NCBI GenBank assembly: GCA_052034235.1
Contig: JBPOIT010000005.1
Span: 113,698 to 177,697 of the forward strand
DNA from: Candidatus Levyibacteriota bacterium
GTDB lineage: Bacteria; Patescibacteriota; Microgenomatia; Levybacterales; UBA12049
DNA: 64,000 nt
Direction: 5' to 3'
Shown: positions 9,129 to 17,149 of the stretch, piece by piece
Layout of the letters: each line of letters opens with the position of its first letter
Numbering within the stretch: the first letter of the stretch is position 1
Made by a program: the position numbers and the translations under genes
Notes under the pieces: model-generated
What the model was told of the DNA's origin: nothing
The model's input: only the letters and a program-made list of their open reading frames with translations
The model's database searches: none

Positions 9129-9305
9129 TTACTTAAAGAGAGCAGAAACTTTTTTACGAGTTACACTTTCACCCTCTAATTTTGTGGTTCGGAAAATAAT
9201 TTCCGGCATAAAAGCACGGAAAAATTCCAAGACACCTTTTTTATTCTTTGTCGTACGGTATTTTTTATATGATTTTACTAGTCTTGTTTGCTCTCGTTTG
9301 CTCAT
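9129..9305 (-). CDS. small FicA/VbhA-like antitoxin candidate (58 aa, below ORF-track cutoff)
   Basis: Hand translation gives MSKREQTRLVKSYKKYRTTKNKKGVLEFFRAFMPEIIFRTTKLEGESVTRKKVSALFK. Its TAA stop is followed by TGA and then the Fic ATG, an operon-like junction. It contains TTKLEG, which matches the [S/T]xxxE[G/N] inhibitory-helix motif of Fic antitoxins. Confidence 0.5.
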   Translation of the reverse strand: MSKREQTRLVKSYKKYRTTKNKKGVLEFFRAFMPEIIFRTTKLEGESVTRKKVSALFK

Positions 9306-9505
9306 AAGTTCAGTATAGTACTATATGCAAATTATAACAAGGTTTTGTATGAAATTGTAAAAATATCTTTTTCTTGTGAACTTAATAAACTAAAATAGGT
9401 TCGAACGTCGTTTGGTAATCTACCCCAAAAAATAAATTAAGCTCCGAAAGGGGGGGTTATAGATTTTATTTGAGGGGCAGATAGTTTGGAGTCGTATGTC
9501 GTTTT

Positions 9506-10528
9506 TTAGCCTCGTAGGATGAGAAAGGTAAGATAGATACAATAGCCTGAGAACATCAGTATTCCTTTGGTGCGGGTAATGCAGTGTTTTTTGTAGACAA
9601 AAAGAGAAAGAAAGAGTACCAGTGTCGCAGCAAATAAGACAAGAATATCAACGAGCTCTTTGCCGCTCATCGGGATATCTTTAATAAGAGCTGTCACACC
9701 CAATATAAAAAAGATATTAAAAATATTCGAACCAACAATATTACCAACTGCCAATTCAACTTGCTTTTTAACAGCAGCGGCAATACTCGTAACAAGTTCT
9801 GGCAGACTTGTCCCAATCGCAACAACAGTCAATCCAATAAAAGTATCACTTACACCCAAACTCCTCGCGATAATAACTGCGTTATCTACAAATAATTTAC
9901 TTCCTACAACCAAACCGGCAACGCCTGCAATAATTAAAATCAACGTAATGTTCGTTGATCGTTTTTTTATTTCAGGCTCTTCCGAAGTGCTTTTTGAGAT
10001 ACCAAACGTATAATAAAGAAAAATGACAAAAAATAATAATAAAATGAGACCATTACTGAACGATAGTGTTCCGATTGTTTCTGGAGAAGTTAATGAGATA
10101 GATGAATAATGATGATTGTCCAGAATAAGCTGCATACCCAGGATAGTCATAACAACCGCCCCGAGAAAGGACATAGGAATTTCTTTCAGTACAGTGTTTT
10201 TCTGGACGGTGACAGGTGTTATCATCGCAGTTATGCCAAGTATCAAAAGAATATTGGCAATATTTGAACCTACGATGTTACCAAAAGCAACGCCTGTGTT
10301 CCCTGATAAAGCACTGGTGACGGACACAACGAGTTCAGGGGATGAGGTACCAAAAGCAACAACGGTTAAACCAATGACAATAGGGGAAATTTTAAATCGT
10401 AGAGCTAAAGAAGATGAACCGTCTACAAATAAGTTTGCTGATTTAATGAGTAGAAAAAGTCCGGCTATCAATAAAATTATAGCTAAAACCACAATCATAT
10501 TATACGATATCATTCGGGGTGAAGACAA
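9506..10528 (-). CDS. Ca2+/cation antiporter (CaCA family, YrbG-like Na+/Ca2+ exchanger)
   Basis: Two alpha-repeats with GTSSPELVVS / GTSLPELVTS and GNIVGSNI motifs. About 10 TM helices. Confidence 0.85.
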   Translation of the reverse strand: MSSPRMISYNMIVVLAIILLIAGLFLLIKSANLFVDGSSSLALRFKISPIVIGLTVVAFGTSSPELVVSVTSALSGNTGVAFGNIVGSNIANILLILGITAMITPVTVQKNTVLKEIPMSFLGAVVMTILGMQLILDNHHYSSISLTSPETIGTLSFSNGLILLLFFVIFLYYTFGISKSTSEEPEIKKRSTNITLILIIAGVAGLVVGSKLFVDNAVIIARSLGVSDTFIGLTVVAIGTSLPELVTSIAAAVKKQVELAVGNIVGSNIFNIFFILGVTALIKDIPMSGKELVDILVLFAATLVLFLSLFVYKKHCITRTKGILMFSGYCIYLTFLILRG

Positions 10529-10591
10529 TGTATTTTTGTTCTATAACCAATTTATTGAAATCGATTCGATTAAAGGCCTAATAAGCGCTTC

Positions 10592-10620
10592 TTGAAAAGC
10601 TATTGACGACATGGTATAAT
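10592..10620 (+). promoter_or_regulatory. sigma70-like promoter (TTGAAA -17- TG-TATAAT) for the glycosyltransferase gene
   Basis: cTTGAAAagctattgacgacatggTATAAT with 17 bp spacing and an extended -10 TG, ending 8 nt before the ORF start at 10629. Confidence 0.5.
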
Positions 10621-10628
10621 ATCCTATA

Positions 10629-11798
10629 ATGTTATTACTCCAATTACATATCGTCAATCGATACTTTTTCCCAGTTCATGCTGGGATTGAAACGACATTG
10701 TTGCAGCTTCTTCGGCATTTTGATCCGAAAAAATATGCTGTAACCATGCACGCGTCAGCAAGTACACTTTCTGAAAAAAATATCCTCCCTTTAGAAGCTA
10801 AAAAAGAACATATTTTTATAAAAAGATACAAAACGATTAAAGGGTTTTTCATTCCTCATCTTCCTTATAAAGATATGGACGCGTTATTCCTTACCAATTT
10901 TACTCTCGTGCCACATATATTTATTCTTTGTTCTACTGCTATTCTTAAGTTACTAAACATGAAGAATTTTAATATAGTTTATTTTCCGTGCGGAGGTTTT
11001 ACACCTGATTGGAAAACGTTCTCTCTTCCAAAACGTTTTATCAAACAAACTATTCATATAATTTTGGGTCGAAGACTCATTAATTATGTTGCTGACAGCG
11101 TTATTGCAATTTCGAAATGGGAAAAGGACGAATTGATAAAAAATCGTATTGATCCGAAACTTATCCATGTTATTCCATTAGGCGTAGAAGATGAAGCATT
11201 TTTGCCAGTTAAAACAGATATAATTTCAAACGAAATTAAAGTTATGGTAAAAAAAGCAAAACCCTACGTGATACAGGTTTCCAGAATTCATCGCATCAAA
11301 AACATAGATACAACAATTCGCACCCTTGCCCTTATGGAAAATCCATTTACATACATAATCGCTGGTGGTATTGAAGACAAAACATACTTTGAAGAATTAC
11401 AAACGCTGGTCAAAGAAAAGAAGCTTACTCATAAAGTTATCTTTGCAGGAAGAATTTCTTCGGAAGATAAATATTATTTGATTGATCATAGCGTTGGAAT
11501 GATCCATCTGTCTCATAATGAATCGTTTGGGCTGTCTGTTTATGAAGGAATGAGTCGTGGAAAAATATGTATTGCTGCGAATAATTCTGCTTTGCCAGAG
11601 GCCGTAGTTAATGATAAGAATGGCTATCTCATAGAAACCCAGGATGCAAAACGTCTTGCAAACAAACTCACATATATACAAACTGAAAAAGGAAAACAGG
11701 CTATAAAAAGAATGGAAACAAATAATAAAACTGAGATGAAAAAGTATCGCTGGAATAACGTTGCAACAAATTTCCAAAAATTACTTAACGATAATTAA
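10629..11798 (+). CDS. glycosyltransferase family 4 (GT-B, group 1)
   Basis: C-terminal EX7E-type motif HLSHNESFGLSVYEGMSRGKICIAANNSALPE. Confidence 0.8.
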   Translation: MLLLQLHIVNRYFFPVHAGIETTLLQLLRHFDPKKYAVTMHASASTLSEKNILPLEAKKEHIFIKRYKTIKGFFIPHLPYKDMDALFLTNFTLVPHIFILCSTAILKLLNMKNFNIVYFPCGGFTPDWKTFSLPKRFIKQTIHIILGRRLINYVADSVIAISKWEKDELIKNRIDPKLIHVIPLGVEDEAFLPVKTDIISNEIKVMVKKAKPYVIQVSRIHRIKNIDTTIRTLALMENPFTYIIAGGIEDKTYFEELQTLVKEKKLTHKVIFAGRISSEDKYYLIDHSVGMIHLSHNESFGLSVYEGMSRGKICIAANNSALPEAVVNDKNGYLIETQDAKRLANKLTYIQTEKGKQAIKRMETNNKTEMKKYRWNNVATNFQKLLNDN

Positions 11799-11841
11799 TA
11801 CTGCAATCTCATTAGACCCATATCTAAATATCTGCTAAAAT

Positions 11842-12393
11842 ATGCGTATGTCTGCATTTAGTTTTGAAACAAAACTCTTTAAAATCAAAGATTGGACCAT
11901 CCTCAGATTACCAGAAGATGCTTCAGCAAAACTTCCATCAAGAGGTATGACTATGGTTTCAGGAACATTCAATGGTGTTCGCTTCAAAACATTACTTGAA
12001 CCGGATGGAACGTATGGACCGGGACTAAAACCAAGTCACTGGTTTAGACCTGACCAAAAATTGCTTGTTGACGCTAAAGCACAATTAGGTGATAAAGTCC
12101 AACTTTCGCTTGAACCAACAAAAGAATGGATAGAGCCGGAAGTGCCTGAGGATTTAAAAAAAGCACTGTCTACTTCTCCCAAAGCACATGCTTTATGGAA
12201 AGATATCACTCCAATGGCTCGCTGGGATTGGATTCGCTGGATACGAGCAGTCAAAACCGAAGAAACCCGTCTAAAACATATAGAAGTTGCTCTTGATAAA
12301 CTCAATAAAGGAATGCGACGCCCCTGCTGCTTCAACCGCAATCTCTGCAGCGAACCATATGTCTCCCACAACTGGGTACTCATCGACCCATAA
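11842..12393 (+). CDS. DUF1905 + YdeI/OmpD-associated domain protein
   Basis: N-terminal DUF1905-like region (RLPEDASAKLPSRGMTMVSGTFNGVRF). C-terminal WIRWIRAVKTEETRLKHIEVALDKL is typical of YdeI-like proteins. Confidence 0.55.
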   Translation: MRMSAFSFETKLFKIKDWTILRLPEDASAKLPSRGMTMVSGTFNGVRFKTLLEPDGTYGPGLKPSHWFRPDQKLLVDAKAQLGDKVQLSLEPTKEWIEPEVPEDLKKALSTSPKAHALWKDITPMARWDWIRWIRAVKTEETRLKHIEVALDKLNKGMRRPCCFNRNLCSEPYVSHNWVLIDP

Positions 12394-12466
12394 CAAGAAG
12401 AAAGAGCTTGCAATTTTCTAAAATAGTTATACAATAGCAATCAGTATATAAATATCTACTAAGTAT

Positions 12467-13024
12467 ATGGCAAGAGCAGAGCGCGAACGTATACAACCAA
12501 ACTATGAGCCTACTGAACAAGATCAGGCAGATATATATCGCGGACTTATCGTTCATGCAAGACGGAGAGGAGGCTTATTAGCACCAGATGGAAGATTCGT
12601 TGCAGGAGATGTTCTTGTAGATACTTCAAATGGAACAAGAATAGAATTTTCCTCACCTAATCTAGGCCTAGACCAGCATGTTGTTTTTGACACTAGCGAT
12701 CCAGCGCAAGATCAACCTACTCCTGGTCAGCTTGGGTTACTGGACGTAGCCCCACAAGACTTGGAAGCTTATAGGAGTGCAGCAATCGCCATTCCTCAAC
12801 CAAAGTATCCAAGCAGAGGTTCATTCAGCCAATTATCACCTGACCTGCAACCGTTTAGGGCTCAACAACTTGAAAGGGTAGCAGAAATGTCAGCGCATGC
12901 ATATCCAGGAGGAGGTTCTTTTGTGGCTTTATTAGGACATATGATGCTTGAAACGGGTTTAACTGCTTTGACAAACGCTTGGGGAAATGTCAAAAAGCAT
13001 GTAGCAGACGCAATTAAATCGTAA
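12467..13024 (+). CDS. hypothetical protein (Arg/Gly/Pro/Gln-rich, composition atypical for this genome)
   Basis: 185-aa ORF with no recognisable motif. Codon and amino-acid usage is noticeably more GC-rich than neighbouring genes. Confidence 0.5.
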   Translation: MARAERERIQPNYEPTEQDQADIYRGLIVHARRRGGLLAPDGRFVAGDVLVDTSNGTRIEFSSPNLGLDQHVVFDTSDPAQDQPTPGQLGLLDVAPQDLEAYRSAAIAIPQPKYPSRGSFSQLSPDLQPFRAQQLERVAEMSAHAYPGGGSFVALLGHMMLETGLTALTNAWGNVKKHVADAIKS

Positions 13025-13044
13025 AAGAATCTTAATAAAACCTC

Positions 13045-13797
13045 TTGACAAATAAACGCCCGAACACTACACTACAGGCCATGTCAGAAAGAAGACCCAT
13101 AATATATTCCGACAATGAGTTAGAAAAAATACTTTACAAGTCTTCTGAGGCTGCAAAAGCAAACGCGGGTGTTCTTTGGTGGGAAGGTGATCATGAGGAT
13201 GCAACGAAGAACAATAAGATGATACCTTTTTTTAATAGAAACCTAGACCGATCAAGAGGTGATGTCTTACTTGTGGAAGGTTATCCTTACGGAGTCCCAA
13301 TTGAGGGAGTCTTTGAACCACAAGTCGACGCTTTCGGATTTGAAATAAATCCTGTCCTGCTTGTCTTGAATAAAGCATTAGATGAATTGGCCCAAGACGC
13401 TGCACGAAGAGTAGTAAAATTAGAAACGAGTGATGAGGAATATGCTGATTTCCATGCAAGGTTTAGGGACTCATATGTTAATCGAACAAAATATTCTCTT
13501 GTTCCTGCTATGAATAATGTTTGGGAATCGTATCCTGATGCACGTAATGGAGTAGTATTTGGCTTAGCTCATGTTTTTTCTGACAACTCGATGACAGAGT
13601 TTTTGCCGCGAGAAGAACAGATAATTGTCAGAGAGCATAAGCTGGTATCCGGAGTGGAATCTTTCCTTGCCCCAACCATGATTGATCATGGTGGATTTGT
13701 GATACTTGGCGATAGGTTTGATTTTGGTCCATTGAAACACGCTATTCCTCAACCTCCACCCCCACCACGCCCTGTTCGTAGAAGATGGGTTTTATAA
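13045..13797 (+). CDS. hypothetical protein with proline-rich C-terminal tail
   Basis: The ORF track starts at a TTG inside a TTGACA...TACACT promoter-like element. The likely true start is ATG 13081 (MSERRPIIY...). Ends PQPPPPPRPVRRRWVL. No known domain recognised. Confidence 0.5.
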   Translation: MTNKRPNTTLQAMSERRPIIYSDNELEKILYKSSEAAKANAGVLWWEGDHEDATKNNKMIPFFNRNLDRSRGDVLLVEGYPYGVPIEGVFEPQVDAFGFEINPVLLVLNKALDELAQDAARRVVKLETSDEEYADFHARFRDSYVNRTKYSLVPAMNNVWESYPDARNGVVFGLAHVFSDNSMTEFLPREEQIIVREHKLVSGVESFLAPTMIDHGGFVILGDRFDFGPLKHAIPQPPPPPRPVRRRWVL

Positions 13798-14216
13798 ATA
13801 TGACACTATTTTGCTATAATTTAGTTATGTCATCTGACATTCACGCATACAACGATACATTACAACCACAAGACAAAGAAATTTGTGAAGTCTTAAAAAA
13901 AGAGCTTGATGAACATTTGCCACAGTCTGAAAGTAAGATATGGCATGGTCATCCAGTTTGGTTTCTTGAAGGAAATCCTATCGTTGGATACGCGAAAAGA
14001 AAAAATGATGTTCAGCTGCTCTTTTGGAGCGGACAATCCTTTGACGAGCCTGGCTTGGAAATCGAAGGCACATTTAAAGCAGCACAAGTCAGATATACAG
14101 ATGCAAGCGAAATTACTGTGACAGATCTACGTCGCTGGCTTAAAAAAGCAACAGAAATCCAGTGGGATTATAAAAACATTGTAAAACGCAAAGGCGTCCT
14201 CGAAAGATTAAAGTAG
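13785..14216 (+). CDS. DUF1801 (YdhG-like) domain protein
   Basis: Probable start MSSDIHAY (about 13827). KIWHGHPVWFLEGNPIVGYAKRKN...QLLFWSG resembles the DUF1801 pattern (K.W.G.P.F...F..F...HL.LYF). Confidence 0.45.
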   Translation: MGFINMTLFCYNLVMSSDIHAYNDTLQPQDKEICEVLKKELDEHLPQSESKIWHGHPVWFLEGNPIVGYAKRKNDVQLLFWSGQSFDEPGLEIEGTFKAAQVRYTDASEITVTDLRRWLKKATEIQWDYKNIVKRKGVLERLK

Positions 14217-14263
14217 AAAACATCTTGACATACACGGAAAATGTATCCACAATGTAATTACAT

Positions 14264-14503
14264 ATGATAACCACAATTATATCGATAGGTAATTCCCGAG
14301 GTATTCGTATACCCAAAGTATTGCTTGAAGAAAGTGGACTTGAAAATGAAGTTGAATTAGAAGTAAAAAAAGGTGAAATAAGAATTATTCAGGCAAAACC
14401 AAAAACTATAAAAGGTAATGATGCGCTACTGTTGTCAGAGAAATCGCTCGAAGCTGATTGGAGTAAACCAGAAGAGGATGAAGCATGGAAAAGTTTACAA
14501 TAG
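14264..14503 (+). CDS. mazE: MazE/AbrB-family antitoxin
   Basis: N-terminal IGNSRGIRIPKVLLEESGL (SpoVT/AbrB swapped-hairpin). Acidic C-terminus. Overlaps the downstream toxin gene by 19 nt. Confidence 0.75.
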   Translation: MITTIISIGNSRGIRIPKVLLEESGLENEVELEVKKGEIRIIQAKPKTIKGNDALLLSEKSLEADWSKPEEDEAWKSLQ

Positions 14504-14820
14504 GTAGCATCGTACTAGTAGCATTTCCCTTTTCCAACCTAAAAGGAAAAAAACTCCGCCCTGCTCTTATTTTGGCACATGTTGAGTTTGATAATCTCAT
14601 TCTCTGTCAAATCACCTCAAAACCATATTCCAGTAAAACTGCAATCAAAATTTTACCCGAAGATTTCGAAGAAAAGAGCTTGCCTGTTGTGAGCTATGTA
14701 AGACCTGACAAACTATTTACTGCTGATTCGTCAATTATTGAACGAATCGTTGGAAGACTAGGAGGCAAAGCTCGAAAAACAATTTTACATAAAGTCAGCA
14801 CATTGTTTACTGCCATATAA
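14485..14820 (+). CDS. mazF: MazF/PemK-family mRNA interferase toxin
   Basis: GSIVLVAFPFSNLKGKKLRPALIL matches the MazF/PemK N-terminal signature (GD(I/V)V.V.FPFSD....K.RPALV(L/I)). Confidence 0.75.
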   Translation: MEKFTIGSIVLVAFPFSNLKGKKLRPALILAHVEFDNLILCQITSKPYSSKTAIKILPEDFEEKSLPVVSYVRPDKLFTADSSIIERIVGRLGGKARKTILHKVSTLFTAI

Positions 14821-14828
14821 TAACTCGT

Positions 14829-15362
14829 ATGATAAATTCTGAAGAATTATTATTTATTGTTGATGAACATAATAAACCACTCGAACCACAAGTAAGGAGC
14901 TTTGCTCACAAAAATGGACTTTGGCACAGAACAACGGGTATTTGGGTCATAAATAGAAAAAAACAAATACTCTGTCAAAAACGTTCTCTCAAAAAAGATA
15001 TTAAACCTGGTTTTTGGGAAGCTTTTTTTGGTGGACATCTCGCACCGAATGAAGACTACAAAGAGAGCGCCAAAAAAGAAAGTACGGAAGAGCTGGGAGT
15101 GATAATAAAAGAAGAACAATTAATCCCCTATCAGATTATGAGCAGTAATAAGCTCACTCATAAAGAATTTCAGCATATCTTTGCTCTCGTTTTAGACAAA
15201 GACATTTCCGAACTACATTTTGAAAAGGAAGAAATTGACGAACTTGAATGGATCGATCTTAAAGAAGTACGAAAAATTTTAGCGGATGACAAAGTCGAAA
15301 ATTGGGTAAAAAAACCTTGGGATAAAGAAGTACTTACTTGGCTAGCAATGCAAGTTCGATAA
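14829..15362 (+). CDS. NUDIX hydrolase
   Basis: Nudix box GGHLAPNEDYKESAKKESTEELGV (Gx5Ex7[RK]EUxEExGU). Confidence 0.8.
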   Translation: MINSEELLFIVDEHNKPLEPQVRSFAHKNGLWHRTTGIWVINRKKQILCQKRSLKKDIKPGFWEAFFGGHLAPNEDYKESAKKESTEELGVIIKEEQLIPYQIMSSNKLTHKEFQHIFALVLDKDISELHFEKEEIDELEWIDLKEVRKILADDKVENWVKKPWDKEVLTWLAMQVR

Positions 15363-15396
15363 AACCAAATTAGTAGCAGCGTGTTATAATCTTTTC

Positions 15397-16098
15397 ATGA
15401 ACGACTCCATTCGTTTTCCCCTTTTTGATATCGACGGCACACTTGTCACGGGTGGAAATAAGGTGCATCATGAGGCGTTTGATTTTGCGCTTGAGACAAT
15501 TTACGACCTTCCTGATGCGTCACATGATGAAATCGATATCCGTGGAATGATTGATAGTCAAATACTTGTAGAAATAACCAAACTTCACGGTATAACAGAA
15601 GAGGACGCAAAACAAAAACTTCCCCAAGCAATGAAAGCGATGGTACATTATTTCGAGCGCCATAAAGAAACTGGTAATCATCTCCTACTTGAAGGCGTTG
15701 TCGATTTACTGCAAACACTCGCAGGTAAACATATTCCAATTGGACTTCTGACAGGAAATGTTGAGGAAATTGGTTGGGGGAAAATGGAACTTGCAGGGAT
15801 CAGGAAGTACTTTTCATTTGGTGCTTTTGGAAATGAAGCACTTAAGCGAGCTGAACTGATACCTGTTGCTCATAAAAAACTTGAAATACTTTTACAAAAG
15901 AAAATCCCACTCAAACAATTAGTAATTATCGGTGACACTCCTCTTGATATTGCATGTGCAAAAGCTGGCGGAATTGATATTATTGCAGTTGCAACAGGTA
16001 AATTTTCAAAAGAAGAATTAGCCAACTTAGAACCAAATCTCGTGATTGATTCATTAAACAAAAAAGGGGAAATCATGAAATTTCTGGACATTGAGTGA
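15397..16098 (+). CDS. HAD-superfamily hydrolase (subfamily IA, phosphatase-like)
   Basis: Motif I FDIDGTLV, motif III K (KAG), motif IV IIGDTPLDIACAKAGG. Confidence 0.8.
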   Translation: MNDSIRFPLFDIDGTLVTGGNKVHHEAFDFALETIYDLPDASHDEIDIRGMIDSQILVEITKLHGITEEDAKQKLPQAMKAMVHYFERHKETGNHLLLEGVVDLLQTLAGKHIPIGLLTGNVEEIGWGKMELAGIRKYFSFGAFGNEALKRAELIPVAHKKLEILLQKKIPLKQLVIIGDTPLDIACAKAGGIDIIAVATGKFSKEELANLEPNLVIDSLNKKGEIMKFLDIE

Positions 16099-16122
16099 TA
16101 TACTATATCCTCAGAAAGCGGG

Positions 16123-16425
16123 GTGATAATTATGGCAGAAGTTAAAAAAATAGCTTCAAAGACAAAGAGTACATCTGACAGCTCAGATACTAAAAAGGAA
16201 GAGACATTTAAAGTTGATGGAGAACAATTGCTGAAAAAAGTAAAAGAACTCATCAAAGAAGGTAATGTCAGAAAAATTACGATAAAAGATAAAAGCGGCA
16301 AACCGCTTATCGTATTTCCACTCACCATTGGTGTCGTTGGAGTAGCATTTGCACCGGTACTCGCAGCAATTGGAGCAATAGCAGCTCTTATCGGAGAATG
16401 TACAATTACTGTTGAACGGAAGTAA
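16123..16425 (+). CDS. DUF4342-like small protein
   Basis: VDGEQLLKKVKELIKEGNVRKITIKDKSGKPLIVFPLTIGVVGVAFAPVLAAIGAIAALIGECTITVER matches the DUF4342 consensus pattern. Likely start is MAEVKK (16132). Confidence 0.55.
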   Translation: MIIMAEVKKIASKTKSTSDSSDTKKEETFKVDGEQLLKKVKELIKEGNVRKITIKDKSGKPLIVFPLTIGVVGVAFAPVLAAIGAIAALIGECTITVERK

Positions 16426-17149
16426 GCTTTTTCATAATTTGCTTTTTTAGTGTTACAAATTTACTGCTCGTTAAAAAATCAGCCGATCGAGGTTTTTTGA
16501 TCGGCACATGTATTTCTGCAATTATTTTTGCAGGCCTGAGTGAAAGAATATAAATTCTATCAGATAAAAAAATTGCTTCATCAATATCATGAGTGACAAA
16601 GAGTACAGCCTTTTTTTGCTTTTGCAAAGTCTTTAAAAACCATAGCTGCATCTTAAGACGAGTTAGAGCGTCTAATTTACTAAACGGCTCATCAAGTAAT
16701 AGTAACTCTTTTTTGCATAAGTACGTTCTAAGCAGTGCCGCACGCTCACGCATACCCCCTGAAAGCATAAAGGGATAATACTTGGCAAATGTTTCCAAAC
16801 CAAAATCTTTTAAATAACCATCAGCTTCATTTCTCGCTTCAGCCTTTTTCATACCTGAAATTTCAAGTGGTAGTATGACATTATCGATAATGCTTCGCCA
16901 CGGAAACATGACATCATCTTGAAACATATATGCAGAGCCGCCTTTAATGCTTATTTCTCCACTGTCATATTCAGTAATATCTGCGATGCAATCAAGAAGA
17001 GTACTTTTCCCACAACCACTTGGTCCAATGATACTCACAAGTTCTCCTGCTTCAACTGTCAAAGAAATGTCATCAAGTACTTTAAGTTTTGAATCTTGAA
17101 ACGACTTTGAAAGATTTTTTACGATAAGTTTTTGTTTAGAGGAATTCAT
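16406..17149 (-). CDS. ABC transporter ATP-binding protein (NitT/TauT/Ssu-type)
   Basis: Walker A GPSGCGKSTLL, signature LSGGMRERAAL, Walker B LLLDEPFSKLD. Confidence 0.85.
   Translation of the reverse strand: MNSSKQKLIVKNLSKSFQDSKLKVLDDISLTVEAGELVSIIGPSGCGKSTLLDCIADITEYDSGEISIKGGSAYMFQDDVMFPWRSIIDNVILPLEISGMKKAEARNEADGYLKDFGLETFAKYYPFMLSGGMRERAALLRTYLCKKELLLLDEPFSKLDALTRLKMQLWFLKTLQKQKKAVLFVTHDIDEAIFLSDRIYILSLRPAKIIAEIHVPIKKPRSADFLTSSKFVTLKKQIMKKLTSVQQ

Noticed and set aside
9001-9318. + strand 105-aa ORF
   Set aside because: Antisense to the Fic gene and its small upstream ORF. No conserved motifs, so judged a shadow ORF.
9660-10595. + strand ORFs 9660..10013 and 10116..10595
   Set aside because: Antisense shadow ORFs within the CaCA antiporter gene. 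The translations mirror hydrophobic codons (Ile/Thr/Pro-rich).
16468-16491. GCCGATC-N10-GATCGGC hairpin
   Set aside because: It lies inside the coding region of the ABC ATPase gene (16406..17149), not in an intergenic terminator position.
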